Shown: positions 17,616-27,761 of the stretch, one piece after another
How the letters are laid out: each line of letters opens with the position of its first letter
Position numbering within the stretch: position 1 is the stretch's first letter
Origin: an uncultured virus (IMG/VR IMGVR_UViG_3300025769_000089)
Lineage: Duplodnaviria > Heunggongvirae > Uroviricota > Caudoviricetes
Virus record (IMG/VR): IMGVR_UViG_3300025769_000089
Strand: one strand, 5' to 3'
Length of the DNA stretch: 64,000 nt
The notes under the pieces: model-generated
Database searches by the model: none
Told to the model about the DNA's origin: nothing
What the model saw: only the letters and a program-made list of their open reading frames with translations
Position numbers and translations under genes: made by a program

Positions 17616-19967
17616 ATGATAATTGATACCTTTCGACCAGACCCCACAGGTCCCGACCACATCTACAAGAGGTGGCGTGATGCTGAGGGTAATCTGATTG
17701 AAGAAACTGTTACGGACTTTGAACCGTATTTCTGGATTAAGGCTTCTACTCCAAAGCGAGTAATTGAGAGAGTCTTGAACAGATATCCCGGTTCCTATGT
17801 AGACGAGACAGACACAGCAGAAGCGCTGAGAACTGGCGACTCACTAATCAAAGTCTACGCATATCGTAACAGTGACATCAGAGACATGGCGAGAGAGTTC
17901 GGCTTCACATGGGAGGCTGACCTCAGTCTGGTCGATAGGTATCTCATTGACAACATATCAGAAATGCCCGAATGGAAACCGAGAGTGTGGCACTTTGACC
18001 TTGAGTGGGACCCGAAGACAGATGAGACAACTGTAATGGCTGTCGTCGACTCTTACAACAATAGGAAGGTAGCCTTCTGTTGGATGAAGGATAATCCTAC
18101 GGGCCTTTATGAGATGGACAACTACATCGAAGAAAAAGAGGTAGAGTACACTGTCAACGGAGTACCTGTTTCATTTACTTATGAGAGGCATCTATATGGC
18201 TCAGAAGAAGATATGCACATAGCATTCATGAATTACATGGATGAGTGCAATCCAGATGTATTCGTAGCACACGCAATCATGTGGGCTGACCTTCCTCACT
18301 TGGTGAGAAGGCTACCTGACCATAGGAAACTCAGTCCTCTTGGTAGAGTCATTAGACCAAGACAAGACGGCTCGTACGACTATGTAGCGCAACCTATTGT
18401 CGGTAGGCTATGCTTCGATACAGCCGCCCCGCTGAGAAGTGGTAGTGGCTTCGAGAGAGTATGGAAAGACAGCGGTAAGCCTCAGTTGAAGAATCTGAAA
18501 CTAGACACTATTGCTAGTACACTAGGCTATGGTGGTAAGTTCGACATGGATGTATTCACTGGCTGGACTGAAAGGTTCGATGATTATGTTGACTACTGTA
18601 TGCAAGATACTATCCTTCTCAAGAAAATAGATGAGGAAAACCATGTCCTCAACTTCTTTATGTCTCTACAGAGAATCTGTGGAGTATCATTCCCATCGTG
18701 TCACAATGTGACAAGATTCGCTAGAGGACTTCTCAGTAGAAGAACTCATTGGAAAGCGCCTTCTCGCTCTCGACAAGAGAAGCAAGAGTATGAGGGCGCT
18801 TTCATTCCACCTCCCAAGCCCGGTAGATACGAGGGTGTGGCTTGTGTAGATTACAAGGGTCTGTACCCAAGTATAATACTGAGTCATAATCTATCGTGGG
18901 AGACCCAAGTTCCAAACCATCGTAAGAACGAGGCTAATGTCAGAGAATTGCCTGACGGTACATGTTGGATTCAGGGCACAGACGCACTGCTCCCTAAGAT
19001 TGTCAATGAGATGTTTGACCTTCGTGATATGTACAAACAGAAGATGCGGGATGCTTCTTCTGAAAATGAGAGAAACGGATGGAATACATTACAACTTGCA
19101 GTAAAGCGTGTGATGGCTTCCTTCTACGGTATGACCGCCAGTGCTTACTGGGGCTGGTCAGACTTCGACATAGCCAGTGCTATCACAGCCTGTGGTCGGA
19201 GAGCAATCAAATTCCTTATGGAAGAATCGGAGAATCAAGGTTACAGTTCCCTGTACGGGCACACTGATTCCGCTTTCGTACAAGTACCGTTTGATGAGGC
19301 ACACGCTCTTGCCAAGCATTTGACTGAGACAGTTCAAAGAGAACACGAGTCTAGTCATTTGATTGTAGAGTTCGAGGCTTACATGCCTTATTGGATTGTC
19401 GGGGGTAAGAATCTGTACTACGGTATCTGTTCTTGGCCACCAGAAGATGAAGGTAAGAAGAAGTCAGCAAGATGGGGTAAAATCAGCACACTAGCGCCTA
19501 TTTCTAAGAATCTGGAAAACGATGTACTGACAGCCATCTGTACTGGTGCCAGCGAGGATGAAGTCATTGGTATGATTAGACCTATATCTAAGAGAATCAA
19601 AAGAGGAGATGTGGAATTGTCAGAAGTAGCAAGCACTACACGATTACAGAAATCACTCAGCGCTTACGCTACGACTACTGGTGGTGCAGTAAAGGGCGCT
19701 AGGTACTTCAATGAACATCTGGCTACCACTGACAAGTACGGGGAAGGAGACAGCGTAAACTGGGTCTATGTTGTCAAGGCACCTGACCACTTACCACCCA
19801 CTGATGTGGTAGTATATCAGAAAGAAACAGACCTAGACGGATTCGATTTAGACTATGACAAGATGGTCGATAAGTTAGTTAAGCAAAAGATGAAGGGCAT
19901 CTTTGGCGCTTTGGATTGGAACTTAGAGTTCGCATCTGGTGCCGCACAACCCAAGAAGTATTGGTGA
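17616..19967 (+). CDS. polB: Family B DNA polymerase
   Basis: ExoI FDLEW, ExoIII YCMQD, motif A DYKGLYPSII, motif B KRVMASFYG, motif C YGHTDS; ATG at 17616. Confidence 0.96.
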   Translation: MIIDTFRPDPTGPDHIYKRWRDAEGNLIEETVTDFEPYFWIKASTPKRVIERVLNRYPGSYVDETDTAEALRTGDSLIKVYAYRNSDIRDMAREFGFTWEADLSLVDRYLIDNISEMPEWKPRVWHFDLEWDPKTDETTVMAVVDSYNNRKVAFCWMKDNPTGLYEMDNYIEEKEVEYTVNGVPVSFTYERHLYGSEEDMHIAFMNYMDECNPDVFVAHAIMWADLPHLVRRLPDHRKLSPLGRVIRPRQDGSYDYVAQPIVGRLCFDTAAPLRSGSGFERVWKDSGKPQLKNLKLDTIASTLGYGGKFDMDVFTGWTERFDDYVDYCMQDTILLKKIDEENHVLNFFMSLQRICGVSFPSCHNVTRFARGLLSRRTHWKAPSRSRQEKQEYEGAFIPPPKPGRYEGVACVDYKGLYPSIILSHNLSWETQVPNHRKNEANVRELPDGTCWIQGTDALLPKIVNEMFDLRDMYKQKMRDASSENERNGWNTLQLAVKRVMASFYGMTASAYWGWSDFDIASAITACGRRAIKFLMEESENQGYSSLYGHTDSAFVQVPFDEAHALAKHLTETVQREHESSHLIVEFEAYMPYWIVGGKNLYYGICSWPPEDEGKKKSARWGKISTLAPISKNLENDVLTAICTGASEDEVIGMIRPISKRIKRGDVELSEVASTTRLQKSLSAYATTTGGAVKGARYFNEHLATTDKYGEGDSVNWVYVVKAPDHLPPTDVVVYQKETDLDGFDLDYDKMVDKLVKQKMKGIFGALDWNLEFASGAAQPKKYW

Positions 19968-19971
19968 TAAA

Positions 19972-20157
19972 ATGAGCAGAATAGAAGACGAAGTATGTAA
20001 AAAGATACAGCAAAGAGCAGAAGTAGGTAAAAGTAAGTATGGAGTTACTATGGAGACTGCGCCTCTGTCTAGGCTAGAATGGCTCATTCATGCTCAAGAA
20101 GAAGCGATGGATTTGGCTGTCTATCTACAGAAATTAATCGAGGAGGAATCGGAATGA
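19972..20157 (+). CDS. Small MazG-like (all-alpha NTP pyrophosphatase-type) protein
   Basis: KYGVT...WLIHAQEEAMDLAVYL (EExxD). Confidence 0.55.
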   Translation: MSRIEDEVCKKIQQRAEVGKSKYGVTMETAPLSRLEWLIHAQEEAMDLAVYLQKLIEEESE

Positions 20158-21155
20158 GCAGAAACTGGGCAGCATACGCCAAGTCCACATATCAGTGGCA
20201 ACCGGGACATGAGAAGATGCTCCGTATAACCAAGACTAGTCTTACTAGTGATTTCGACTTCTGTCCTAAACAGTATCAATACAAGCGAATACATCAGTTA
20301 CCAGAACCATCGACAGATGCTATGACAAAGGGTACTAATGTTCACGATGCAGTAGAAGAGTTCTATGATAACGCTATGCCTATTGTAGAAGAACTGTTCA
20401 AACTCATGCAGAGAGATAAGCGAGAGGAAGCGCTGGCTTTGGCTCTTAGTATACTACCTGAAAAAGAATACACTCTTGGTGAACAACCCGTTATAGAAAC
20501 TAGAATAAAATGGGACTTGGAGAGATTACTATCTGTTGGACCAGATAAGTATCTACCAATCATGAACGAATTAGAAGTTCATGCGTTTGTAGATGAAGAG
20601 TTTGAGTTTAACGGAGAAATGGTACCTATACCTATACACTATGCAGGAAGCATTGACCGTGGCTTCAGTGAAGAAGACGGTGGTGTAGCCATCATGGAAT
20701 TGAAGACAGGGAAATGGGTACAGTCCAAAAACAAAGACGACGAATGGAACGACTCCAAGTTCAAGATGCAGTCGATGAGGACAGAGATGGCCTACTACCA
20801 ATACTTACTAGCCAAAGCAGAACACCAGTATCAGAATGTAACGCACTGGGGCTGGGTATATCCAGCAGGCTCAGGCGCTCAATTAGATACTTACAACAAG
20901 TACGGATATGAACAGAGAGCAGTTGACCGAATCGTATACGAAGCCCTGAATACTAGAACAGTCAATACTTACAGAAAAAAGATTGAGAAACTCAAGGCGG
21001 CCTTACTTACGGCTTACTTGACAGATGATTTTCCAGCAAAGCCTAGTACGGCTAAATGTGCATGGTGCTCTTTCAAGAGCATATGCCCAAGTTGGGATGG
21101 GAACGATAACCCACAAGAATATTTAGATGAATATGGAAGTGACAATGATGAATGA
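20154..21155 (+). CDS. Cas4/RecB-like PD-(D/E)xK exonuclease with Fe-S cysteines
   Basis: CPKQY, GTNVH, GSIDR, ELKTG, CAWCSFKSIC. Confidence 0.85.
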   Translation: MSRNWAAYAKSTYQWQPGHEKMLRITKTSLTSDFDFCPKQYQYKRIHQLPEPSTDAMTKGTNVHDAVEEFYDNAMPIVEELFKLMQRDKREEALALALSILPEKEYTLGEQPVIETRIKWDLERLLSVGPDKYLPIMNELEVHAFVDEEFEFNGEMVPIPIHYAGSIDRGFSEEDGGVAIMELKTGKWVQSKNKDDEWNDSKFKMQSMRTEMAYYQYLLAKAEHQYQNVTHWGWVYPAGSGAQLDTYNKYGYEQRAVDRIVYEALNTRTVNTYRKKIEKLKAALLTAYLTDDFPAKPSTAKCAWCSFKSICPSWDGNDNPQEYLDEYGSDNDE

Positions 21156-21402
21156 AGATATGATAGGAAGAACAATTGAGGTGCTTTTGTCACCTCTAGT
21201 CGACAGACCAGTAGATGCTACCTTTACTAAATTGGGTAAAGATAGAAAATACTCGGTGGCTATACAGACAAGTCTGTATGAGTTTGATGAAAGTGGTGGG
21301 CCGAAAGGCCCTATGTACTTGAATTTGAACAAAGACTTGCTAAGAGATGTAGAAGACCTTGTTCAGACTTTGAGAGAAATAACTGAGAAAGCAAAGGCGT
21401 GA
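21127..21402 (+). CDS. Hypothetical protein
   Basis: 91-aa ORF in operon; true start may be 21145 or 21148. Confidence 0.65.
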   Translation: MNMEVTMMNEDMIGRTIEVLLSPLVDRPVDATFTKLGKDRKYSVAIQTSLYEFDESGGPKGPMYLNLNKDLLRDVEDLVQTLREITEKAKA

Positions 21403-22511
21403 TTGAAATGAAGATAGTATTTGATTTTCCTAGGGAGGTGATGGAACTCAGCACTGAGAAGGGTAAAGGTTTCAGAAAACTCGTTAGGTCAAATCAAGAC
21501 TTAGAAAAATACTGGGCTGGTAAGAACGGTGTGTCAAACGCCTTCATGACAGTGTATGGTTATCGAGGTCTACAGCAACCGCACAACAAGCGTGTTGATT
21601 TGATGACTCCGATTGTCAGACATTTTGTTATGGACTTTGACCCTAAGAATTTCAGAGAAAGGGATAGGCCAGAAGTTGAGATAGAGCAGGCTTTGGAACA
21701 GACGCTGAGATTGCATTACCACTTGTTAGACAAGGACATATCTCACGCTGTATGGTACAGTGGCGGCGGGTTCCATGTATGGGTCATGCTTGATAAAGAA
21801 TACATGCCTAGTGGACCTAACAGCCTATCTGCTATCAAAGAAGCAGGTATGCAAACAGTTAACGACTGGGTGATTGAACTAGGCTTGTTTTGTTCTGACC
21901 CAGCAGTTCCGTTTGACACAAGTGGTATGATAAGGATACCCAATTCATACAATGCAAAGAGGGGACTATGGTCTATACCACTGTCAACTAATGATATGGA
22001 AAGAGGTATAGATTACATCATGGATAAAGCAGAAGGCGCTAAGGCCGGAATGATATCCTACGGTAGTCGAGGGTTAGAATTGACTGTTAGAAAGATAAAG
22101 GAAAGAAGTCAGATATTCAATCCTAACTCAACACCCATTGATTTACCGACAGCATCTATGGATGGGGTAATCATACTACCCTGTCTAAACTCAGCGGCCT
22201 GTAGGATAGGTAGTAACCCTAGTCACGATGCAAGAGTACAACTTGCCAAATTCCTATCAAAACGCCTGAGATATTTCATGCCTGCTTGGAAGTTGACCGA
22301 GGAAAACAGAGCCAAGCACACCGAAATCATTGTAGACTACATTCGCTCACTTCAATGGGCTGACTTCAATGAAAGCACTACCCGATACCAAGTAAGTACA
22401 ATCATAGGTACAGATTACCCGCAGACTTGTTCCATGCTTTGGAAGAAAGGTATGTGCCTAGGTAAGTGCAGATACTGGGATGGAACAGGTGCAATAACGG
22501 AGGAAGAATGA
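21399..22511 (+). CDS. Archaeo-eukaryotic primase (PriS catalytic domain fused to PriL-CTD-like Fe-S domain)
   Basis: DFD, SGGGFH, D..GMIRIPNSYN; C-terminal LPCL...HDAR...YPQTC...CLGKC. Confidence 0.85.
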   Translation: MIEMKIVFDFPREVMELSTEKGKGFRKLVRSNQDLEKYWAGKNGVSNAFMTVYGYRGLQQPHNKRVDLMTPIVRHFVMDFDPKNFRERDRPEVEIEQALEQTLRLHYHLLDKDISHAVWYSGGGFHVWVMLDKEYMPSGPNSLSAIKEAGMQTVNDWVIELGLFCSDPAVPFDTSGMIRIPNSYNAKRGLWSIPLSTNDMERGIDYIMDKAEGAKAGMISYGSRGLELTVRKIKERSQIFNPNSTPIDLPTASMDGVIILPCLNSAACRIGSNPSHDARVQLAKFLSKRLRYFMPAWKLTEENRAKHTEIIVDYIRSLQWADFNESTTRYQVSTIIGTDYPQTCSMLWKKGMCLGKCRYWDGTGAITEEE

Positions 22512-22750
22512 TGACGCTATACTACTGCGAAATTTGCGAGGAGCGTGTCAGAGCCACCAAGAGCATGAGAGATAGATATGAGGGTATTGATGACCCGGTG
22601 ATTATTTGTCAAATCTGTAGATACAAGAAATTAGTCCCTAGAAAGTTATTATGCACACGCACTATCAAAAGTGGCCGTCTATGTAACGGTGTAAGATTTG
22701 ATAGAAATATAGACAAGTGTGCACTATGCAGGAGGAAAGGATATGAGTAA
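22508..22750 (+). CDS. Zinc-finger protein
   Basis: CEIC, CQIC, CALC. Confidence 0.65.
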   Translation: MMTLYYCEICEERVRATKSMRDRYEGIDDPVIICQICRYKKLVPRKLLCTRTIKSGRLCNGVRFDRNIDKCALCRRKGYE

Positions 22751-23453
22751 AGCGCCTTTGATAATCGATAGTAATGAAAGAGGTCCATTGCATGATGCAG
22801 TCGTCAGGGCTGCTGAGAGGCAGGGCTTTCCTATCAAAAAAGAACACCTCCAAGGAATGGGTGACTACAAAGCAGGTAATGCTCACATAGAGTGCAAGAG
22901 CCTTTCTGACCTATTCCAATCTAGTCACAGCGGTCACTTGATGAGACAGATTGACAACCTAGATGCAAATTGCGAAAGAGTATTCCTTGTCGTACACGGT
23001 GACATAGCCAAGTATGTAGCGCTCTCAAAGAAACAAGGTAGAAATGTATCATATTCCAAGGTCATGAATGAACTACTAGGTACATTCGCACGAATAATGG
23101 CTGACTTCGATTGTCACATATATCGTGCTAAAGACCATTCAGAAGCGGCTATGTTCATAGCCAAACTTCACAGCAAGATGCACAAGCCTGCGAGTAGGCA
23201 TGGTGCAAGAGCAGTAACAAGAGTGAGCACTAATGATGTAAGGGCTGACATGCTAATAACCATACCCGGTTTCGGCCCAGATTTAGTAGACAAGTTGCTC
23301 GCTAAGTGCGGTTCTATAGAAGAAATGCTCTTCCCAGAATCACTCAAACAAGTGAAGGGTATGGGAACAACTTTGAGGCAGAGGCTGCTTGAAGTCTTGA
23401 CCTCGGAGGAACCAGTCAGAGTCCAAAAGACATACAACAAGAGAGGGAAATAG
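22743..23453 (+). CDS. ERCC4/XPF-family structure-specific nuclease with HhH
   Basis: IDSNE, GDY, IECKSLSDL, IPGFGP and VKGMG HhH motifs. Confidence 0.9.
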   Translation: MSKAPLIIDSNERGPLHDAVVRAAERQGFPIKKEHLQGMGDYKAGNAHIECKSLSDLFQSSHSGHLMRQIDNLDANCERVFLVVHGDIAKYVALSKKQGRNVSYSKVMNELLGTFARIMADFDCHIYRAKDHSEAAMFIAKLHSKMHKPASRHGARAVTRVSTNDVRADMLITIPGFGPDLVDKLLAKCGSIEEMLFPESLKQVKGMGTTLRQRLLEVLTSEEPVRVQKTYNKRGK

Positions 23454-23455
23454 AA

Positions 23456-24895
23456 ATGATGGAACACAGAGCAGAAAACTATGAATGCGTACACAAATAT
23501 CCTATACTGAAAGGTTACCTAGACCATTTCAATCAGGTGAGTAAGAATAATGAGATACCGGGATTACTATCCTTTTTCTTTATTCTTGGACAAGCCTCAG
23601 TAGGGTATGTAAGGATACCAGTTGGAGGAAGTAATCTCGACCCCAGAGTCAGTGTATTCTGGATTCAAGACACTAGGACAGGTAAATCGGCATCTTATCA
23701 AATCATAGAAAAAGTATTGAAAGCCGCCGGTTTGAAATCAATGGACTACAACTCTGGTAACGATGCAGCATTAGTGGGTACACTAGTACCAGACCCCGAC
23801 TCAGAAGACCCAAGAAATCCTAACATGGTGGTAAGAGAAGGTATACTCGGTGGTCGTAAGGGGCTTAACTTCGACGAAGGTTCTGTCTTACTAAAGGGTG
23901 GACAGCACAATGAGAACACTACTTTGTTCTTACAGTCTGCGTTAAACTCAGCAGGTACTGGTCGTAACATACTCACTAAGCACATGGCAAGAGACACATT
24001 CAGCGTCAAATCTGAGGTATCTCTGTGGATTACTACATACCCTCCAAAGGGTATCAAAGAGCATGTACTTGACAAAGGTATTTTCCAGCGTGTGCTGACA
24101 TACTGGAGACACTGGACTCTTGATATGAAGAGAGATGTTAATCACGAACTAGCACAATCAGTTCACAACAAACCTGAATTTGAGGTATCGTTTGACCAAG
24201 TATCAGATTTCTTTTCTGAACTGAAAACTAAACTTAGAGACAGAGTGCTGAATCTCAGCGGGCTGTCTCATTTAGAATGGACAGATATGAGCGATGATGA
24301 CAAAGAAACAACCGTCATGAGTGTAATGGATAGGATGTTCAAGATAGATGCATCTTATGTACCTGCTTTGATTTCGGCCATAGACGAATACTACACCCTA
24401 GTAGAACCAATGGGCCCTGAAAAGCAGGGCATCTGTGCATCTTTCATCATGGGTCTACAAAACTACACCAATGTACTAGCGCATCACATGGCTATGATAG
24501 AAGGTAGTTGGACAGTGACTGGAGACCATGTAGACATGGCTAAGGAAATATTGTTTGACTTATATCAGAATCTTATTCAATGGCTTGAGTCAGAAGTCAA
24601 AGTCGGCTCTGGCGGTAGTGAAAAGAAGAAGATGGAAGGTCACTGGAAAGACGCTTACAACCGTTGTGAAAGGTTTGACTTTGATGACCATCGAGGTGTC
24701 AACTGGGTTAAGAAAGCCGAGATGTACAAGGTGTTCGGTAACCTTGCTAATCTTAGCAGTAAGGGTTCTGTTAACGGTAAGTACAACGATTACGGAGCCA
24801 AGATGTTCAAAGAAACTAGAGAAGGTGTGTCCAAGTATGTCAAACTTAGAGATGACTACATAAGTAAATCTAAGCAAGACGGGGGCAAAAAGTGA
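23456..24895 (+). CDS. Divergent AAA+/MCM-like ATPase, putative replicative helicase
   Basis: Walker A-like QDTRTGKS, Walker B-like NFDEG, IFQR arginine-finger-like motif; replication context. Confidence 0.6.
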   Translation: MMEHRAENYECVHKYPILKGYLDHFNQVSKNNEIPGLLSFFFILGQASVGYVRIPVGGSNLDPRVSVFWIQDTRTGKSASYQIIEKVLKAAGLKSMDYNSGNDAALVGTLVPDPDSEDPRNPNMVVREGILGGRKGLNFDEGSVLLKGGQHNENTTLFLQSALNSAGTGRNILTKHMARDTFSVKSEVSLWITTYPPKGIKEHVLDKGIFQRVLTYWRHWTLDMKRDVNHELAQSVHNKPEFEVSFDQVSDFFSELKTKLRDRVLNLSGLSHLEWTDMSDDDKETTVMSVMDRMFKIDASYVPALISAIDEYYTLVEPMGPEKQGICASFIMGLQNYTNVLAHHMAMIEGSWTVTGDHVDMAKEILFDLYQNLIQWLESEVKVGSGGSEKKKMEGHWKDAYNRCERFDFDDHRGVNWVKKAEMYKVFGNLANLSSKGSVNGKYNDYGAKMFKETREGVSKYVKLRDDYISKSKQDGGKK

Positions 24896-25050
24896 TGTCC
24901 TCGGTCTGGGATTTTGAATGTGTATTCTGTGAATCTAAGATAGGAAAAGACATAGGGGGGTACTACATAGGGATGCACTGGAAGAACCCTGTATTGGTGT
25001 GCGACTGGTGCAAAATGTGTATGGAGGATGTGGTATGTCAAACATGTTAG
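24895..25050 (+). CDS. 51-aa zinc-finger protein
   Basis: Hand-translated; CVFC, CDWC, CQTC. Confidence 0.55.
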   Translation: MSSVWDFECVFCESKIGKDIGGYYIGMHWKNPVLVCDWCKMCMEDVVCQTC

Positions 25051-25643
25051 CCTTAGATATCGAAACAGCAAATTTCTCTCATGAGATAGGCGGCTGGGGT
25101 CACAGTCATCTGTTTGAACCAACAGTTGTTGCTACATGGGATGGAGAAAAAGGTACAGTCTATTCTAATGAATCAGTATCTAAATATTTACCTAAAGATA
25201 CAGTTGTCAAGAAAATGCATCCTAAGATTATTGGTGATGATTTAGCAGAACATGTAGCCAAGGGCGGTATGGTACTAGGTCACAATCTGAAAGGCTTTGA
25301 TTTACCAATTATCCGAGACGCTCTTGATTGCTGGACTGCCGGAGACATCATGGCTAAGTCCCAAGAGCAAGTCTTTGACACATCCGTTCTGCTGAAAAAC
25401 ATAGTGGGTCACGCAGTACCCCTATCAGATGCTTGCTATCACACTTTGAACAAAGGTAAACTTATGAACAGTCACGATGCCCCGATAGAGTGGCGCAAGG
25501 GTAATTACAGCAAGGTTGCTGAGTATTGCCTGAAAGACGCTGAACTTGTATACGAACTTTGGAAGCATGGAGTGGAAGAAGGTATTGTAAAAGCAAGGTG
25601 TAGAAAAACAGGGGATGTCAAAGAGTACGAGGTGGACTGGTAA
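25035..25643 (+). CDS. DEDD-type 3'-5' exonuclease (RNase H-like fold)
   Basis: LDIET, GHNLKGFD, YCLKD. Confidence 0.85.
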   Translation: MSNMLALDIETANFSHEIGGWGHSHLFEPTVVATWDGEKGTVYSNESVSKYLPKDTVVKKMHPKIIGDDLAEHVAKGGMVLGHNLKGFDLPIIRDALDCWTAGDIMAKSQEQVFDTSVLLKNIVGHAVPLSDACYHTLNKGKLMNSHDAPIEWRKGNYSKVAEYCLKDAELVYELWKHGVEEGIVKARCRKTGDVKEYEVDW

Positions 25644-25766
25644 TGTCAATGATAGTCTGCGAAGTATGTGACAGAGACAACTGGGCAGGAGTTAGATGCG
25701 CTAAGTATAGAGTATGTAACTCCTGTATCGATTCCATATTGGATGAATATTTTGAGAGGGAAAACA

Positions 25767-27263
25767 ATGAGCGAACAAGAACAGAACATTAGTGCAGTAG
25801 TGCACAATATAAGAGCAGCAAAGAGAACCGTCGGTACAGTAAAGACAACACTGGGTCCGATGGGGATGGACAAAATGATGGTAGATGCTGGTGGCAATGT
25901 GATAGTCACCAACGATGGTGCTACCATATTGCAGGAGTTAGATGCAAGTCACCCTGCCGCTAAGATGGTGGTCGAAGCCGCCAACACGCAAGAAAGTATG
26001 TGCTATGATGGCACTACGAGTACAGTAGTCTTAGCAGGCGAATTACTGGGTAACAGCGAACTCCTGTTCAACAAAGGCCTACACGCCAATGTAATCTGTA
26101 GAGGTTACAGACAGGCATCTAGGTGGACTACAGAACATCTTGAGACACTCAAGGTAGATGCTAAAGACCACCTACAGAATGTGGCTAAGACTTCAATCAC
26201 AGGGAAAGCGCTTGAATCTAGCATCGAGCATGTAAGTGCTTTGTGCGTAGAAGCAGTTGAGAAGGCCGGGGGAGAGTTTGACCGAATCCGTGTCCTTTGT
26301 CAACCCGGTAGCAGCCTAGACGATTCATCATGCTTTAGCGGTGTAGTCCTCCATAAGGAGTTCATGCTACCCGCAATGCCTATGAAACCAAACGGCAAGG
26401 CTATACTCATCAACACTAGTCTGAGTGACAGTAAAAGCGATGACAATGTCCAACTGAGTTTAGGCTCGGCTGCTGAATATCAGCAATATAAACGACAAAC
26501 TGGGCGTGACAACTGGGTTGAAAAAGCACAACAAATCATTAGTATGTTACCAGATGGCGGTATCGTATTCGTTAGAGATAGCGTGAACGAAGTAGTTGCA
26601 GCAACCCTAGCAAAACAAGGCATTTCTCTGGTTCATAGAGTTCCTGAGAGTGACATGACTGCTTTATCCAAACTACTCAATACTACAATCGCCCACACTA
26701 CAGAAGACCTACAAGAGGCTGTAGAGTGCGATGCAGAGTGCAAGACTATCGGTGACATGAAGTATGTCGTAGTCAAGGGTGAAGGAGAAGTCACTACGCT
26801 AATTCTGAGAGGTGCTACTAAGCAAACCCTCGATGAAACTGAGCGTGGCTTTGAAGATGCACTGGGTGTAGTTTGCTTGGCTTACACCACTCTAGGCGTA
26901 GTGCCCGGTGGAGGCTCTGCCTATCTCAATGCAGCCCTCCATCTAAGGCAAAGGGCTGCGGAAGCAGGTGGTAGAGAGCAGATGGCTATCGATGCATTTG
27001 CTGAGGCTCTTGAGTCTATACCTGCCACTATTGCTGAGAACGCAGGCCATGACCCACTAGACACTGTATTGACTCTAAGAAATGAACATCAACAGGGTAA
27101 CAGCGACGCTGGTCCAGACATAGAGAATGGTGGGGCTTGTTCTATGATAGAAGCGAATGTATGGGAGCCACTCAACTTAGTCAAGCAAGCAGTGCAATCT
27201 GCTAGCGAAGTCACCATTAGCATACTAAGGATAGATGACATAGTAGTAAAGCGTGGCGAGTAG
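25767..27263 (+). CDS. Group II chaperonin (thermosome subunit)
   Basis: TTLGPMGMDKM, TNDGATIL, HPAAKM, DGTTS, ILRG, PGGG, LRIDD; start ATG 25767. Confidence 0.96.
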   Translation: MSEQEQNISAVVHNIRAAKRTVGTVKTTLGPMGMDKMMVDAGGNVIVTNDGATILQELDASHPAAKMVVEAANTQESMCYDGTTSTVVLAGELLGNSELLFNKGLHANVICRGYRQASRWTTEHLETLKVDAKDHLQNVAKTSITGKALESSIEHVSALCVEAVEKAGGEFDRIRVLCQPGSSLDDSSCFSGVVLHKEFMLPAMPMKPNGKAILINTSLSDSKSDDNVQLSLGSAAEYQQYKRQTGRDNWVEKAQQIISMLPDGGIVFVRDSVNEVVAATLAKQGISLVHRVPESDMTALSKLLNTTIAHTTEDLQEAVECDAECKTIGDMKYVVVKGEGEVTTLILRGATKQTLDETERGFEDALGVVCLAYTTLGVVPGGGSAYLNAALHLRQRAAEAGGREQMAIDAFAEALESIPATIAENAGHDPLDTVLTLRNEHQQGNSDAGPDIENGGACSMIEANVWEPLNLVKQAVQSASEVTISILRIDDIVVKRGE

Positions 27264-27406
27264 AATGGGTAGAGTAAAGACACCAAACTGTTCCTCATGC
27301 GGAGAGGTTATGAAAAGGATGTATTTTAGAAACAAGAACTCCAATGGTGATTGGAGGTTTGTTCCGATAGGCTTTCTTTGTAAAACATGTAATGAATCAA
27401 TCTTAG

Positions 27407-27592
27407 ATGGTGAGTAGGATGGGAAGGCCTCCAGCGACTATATGCCGAGACTGCGGCGGTAAAATGAAAAGAATATATGAGAAAAACAATAAAGGGACTT
27501 ACATAGGTATTGGTAATCGCTGTCCTAGATGTAATAGCGTGTTTATTGAAAAGAATATTTTTGAAAACTCATATGTGTTAAGAGGTCGGTAA
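27407..27592 (+). CDS. Zinc-ribbon protein
   Basis: CRDCGG...CPRC. Confidence 0.55.
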   Translation: MVSRMGRPPATICRDCGGKMKRIYEKNNKGTYIGIGNRCPRCNSVFIEKNIFENSYVLRGR

Positions 27593-27593
27593 A

Positions 27594-27689
27594 ATGAGAC
27601 TATGCTCAAAAAGAGGCTGTTTTAATCTAGCCCATAACGGATTTAGATACTGCTTAGCGTGTCTCCGTGGAAAAGACGAGGAAGAGTGA
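27594..27689 (+). CDS. 31-aa Cys-rich peptide
   Basis: Hand-translated MRLCSKRGC...CLAC...EEE*; GAGGT RBS. Confidence 0.45.
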   Translation: MRLCSKRGCFNLAHNGFRYCLACLRGKDEEE

Positions 27690-27730
27690 CCACTCAAATG
27701 CGCTCGTTTTTGACCTTTTACTAACCAATG

Positions 27731-27743
27731 TAGTTAAGTATAG
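27731..27743 (+). promoter_or_regulatory. Putative TATA box for a leaderless transcript
   Basis: TAGTTAAGTATAG with TTAAGTA 28 nt before ATG 27762; resembles the element upstream of the protease gene. Confidence 0.45.
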
Positions 27744-27761
27744 TATGGTATACCAAAGTCT

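Noticed and set aside
17616..19967. Intein or intron in PolB or the helicases
   Set aside because: Lengths are normal and no intein splice or LAGLIDADG motifs were seen
20154..21155. Cas4-like nuclease as evidence of a CRISPR system
   Set aside because: No repeat-spacer array or other cas genes; stand-alone Cas4-like nucleases are common in viral replication modules
25644..25766. N-terminal extension of the chaperonin, or a tRNA in this gap
   Set aside because: The extension starts at GTG without an RBS, while ATG 25767 has GAGAGGG upstream; no cloverleaf or T-loop motif seen
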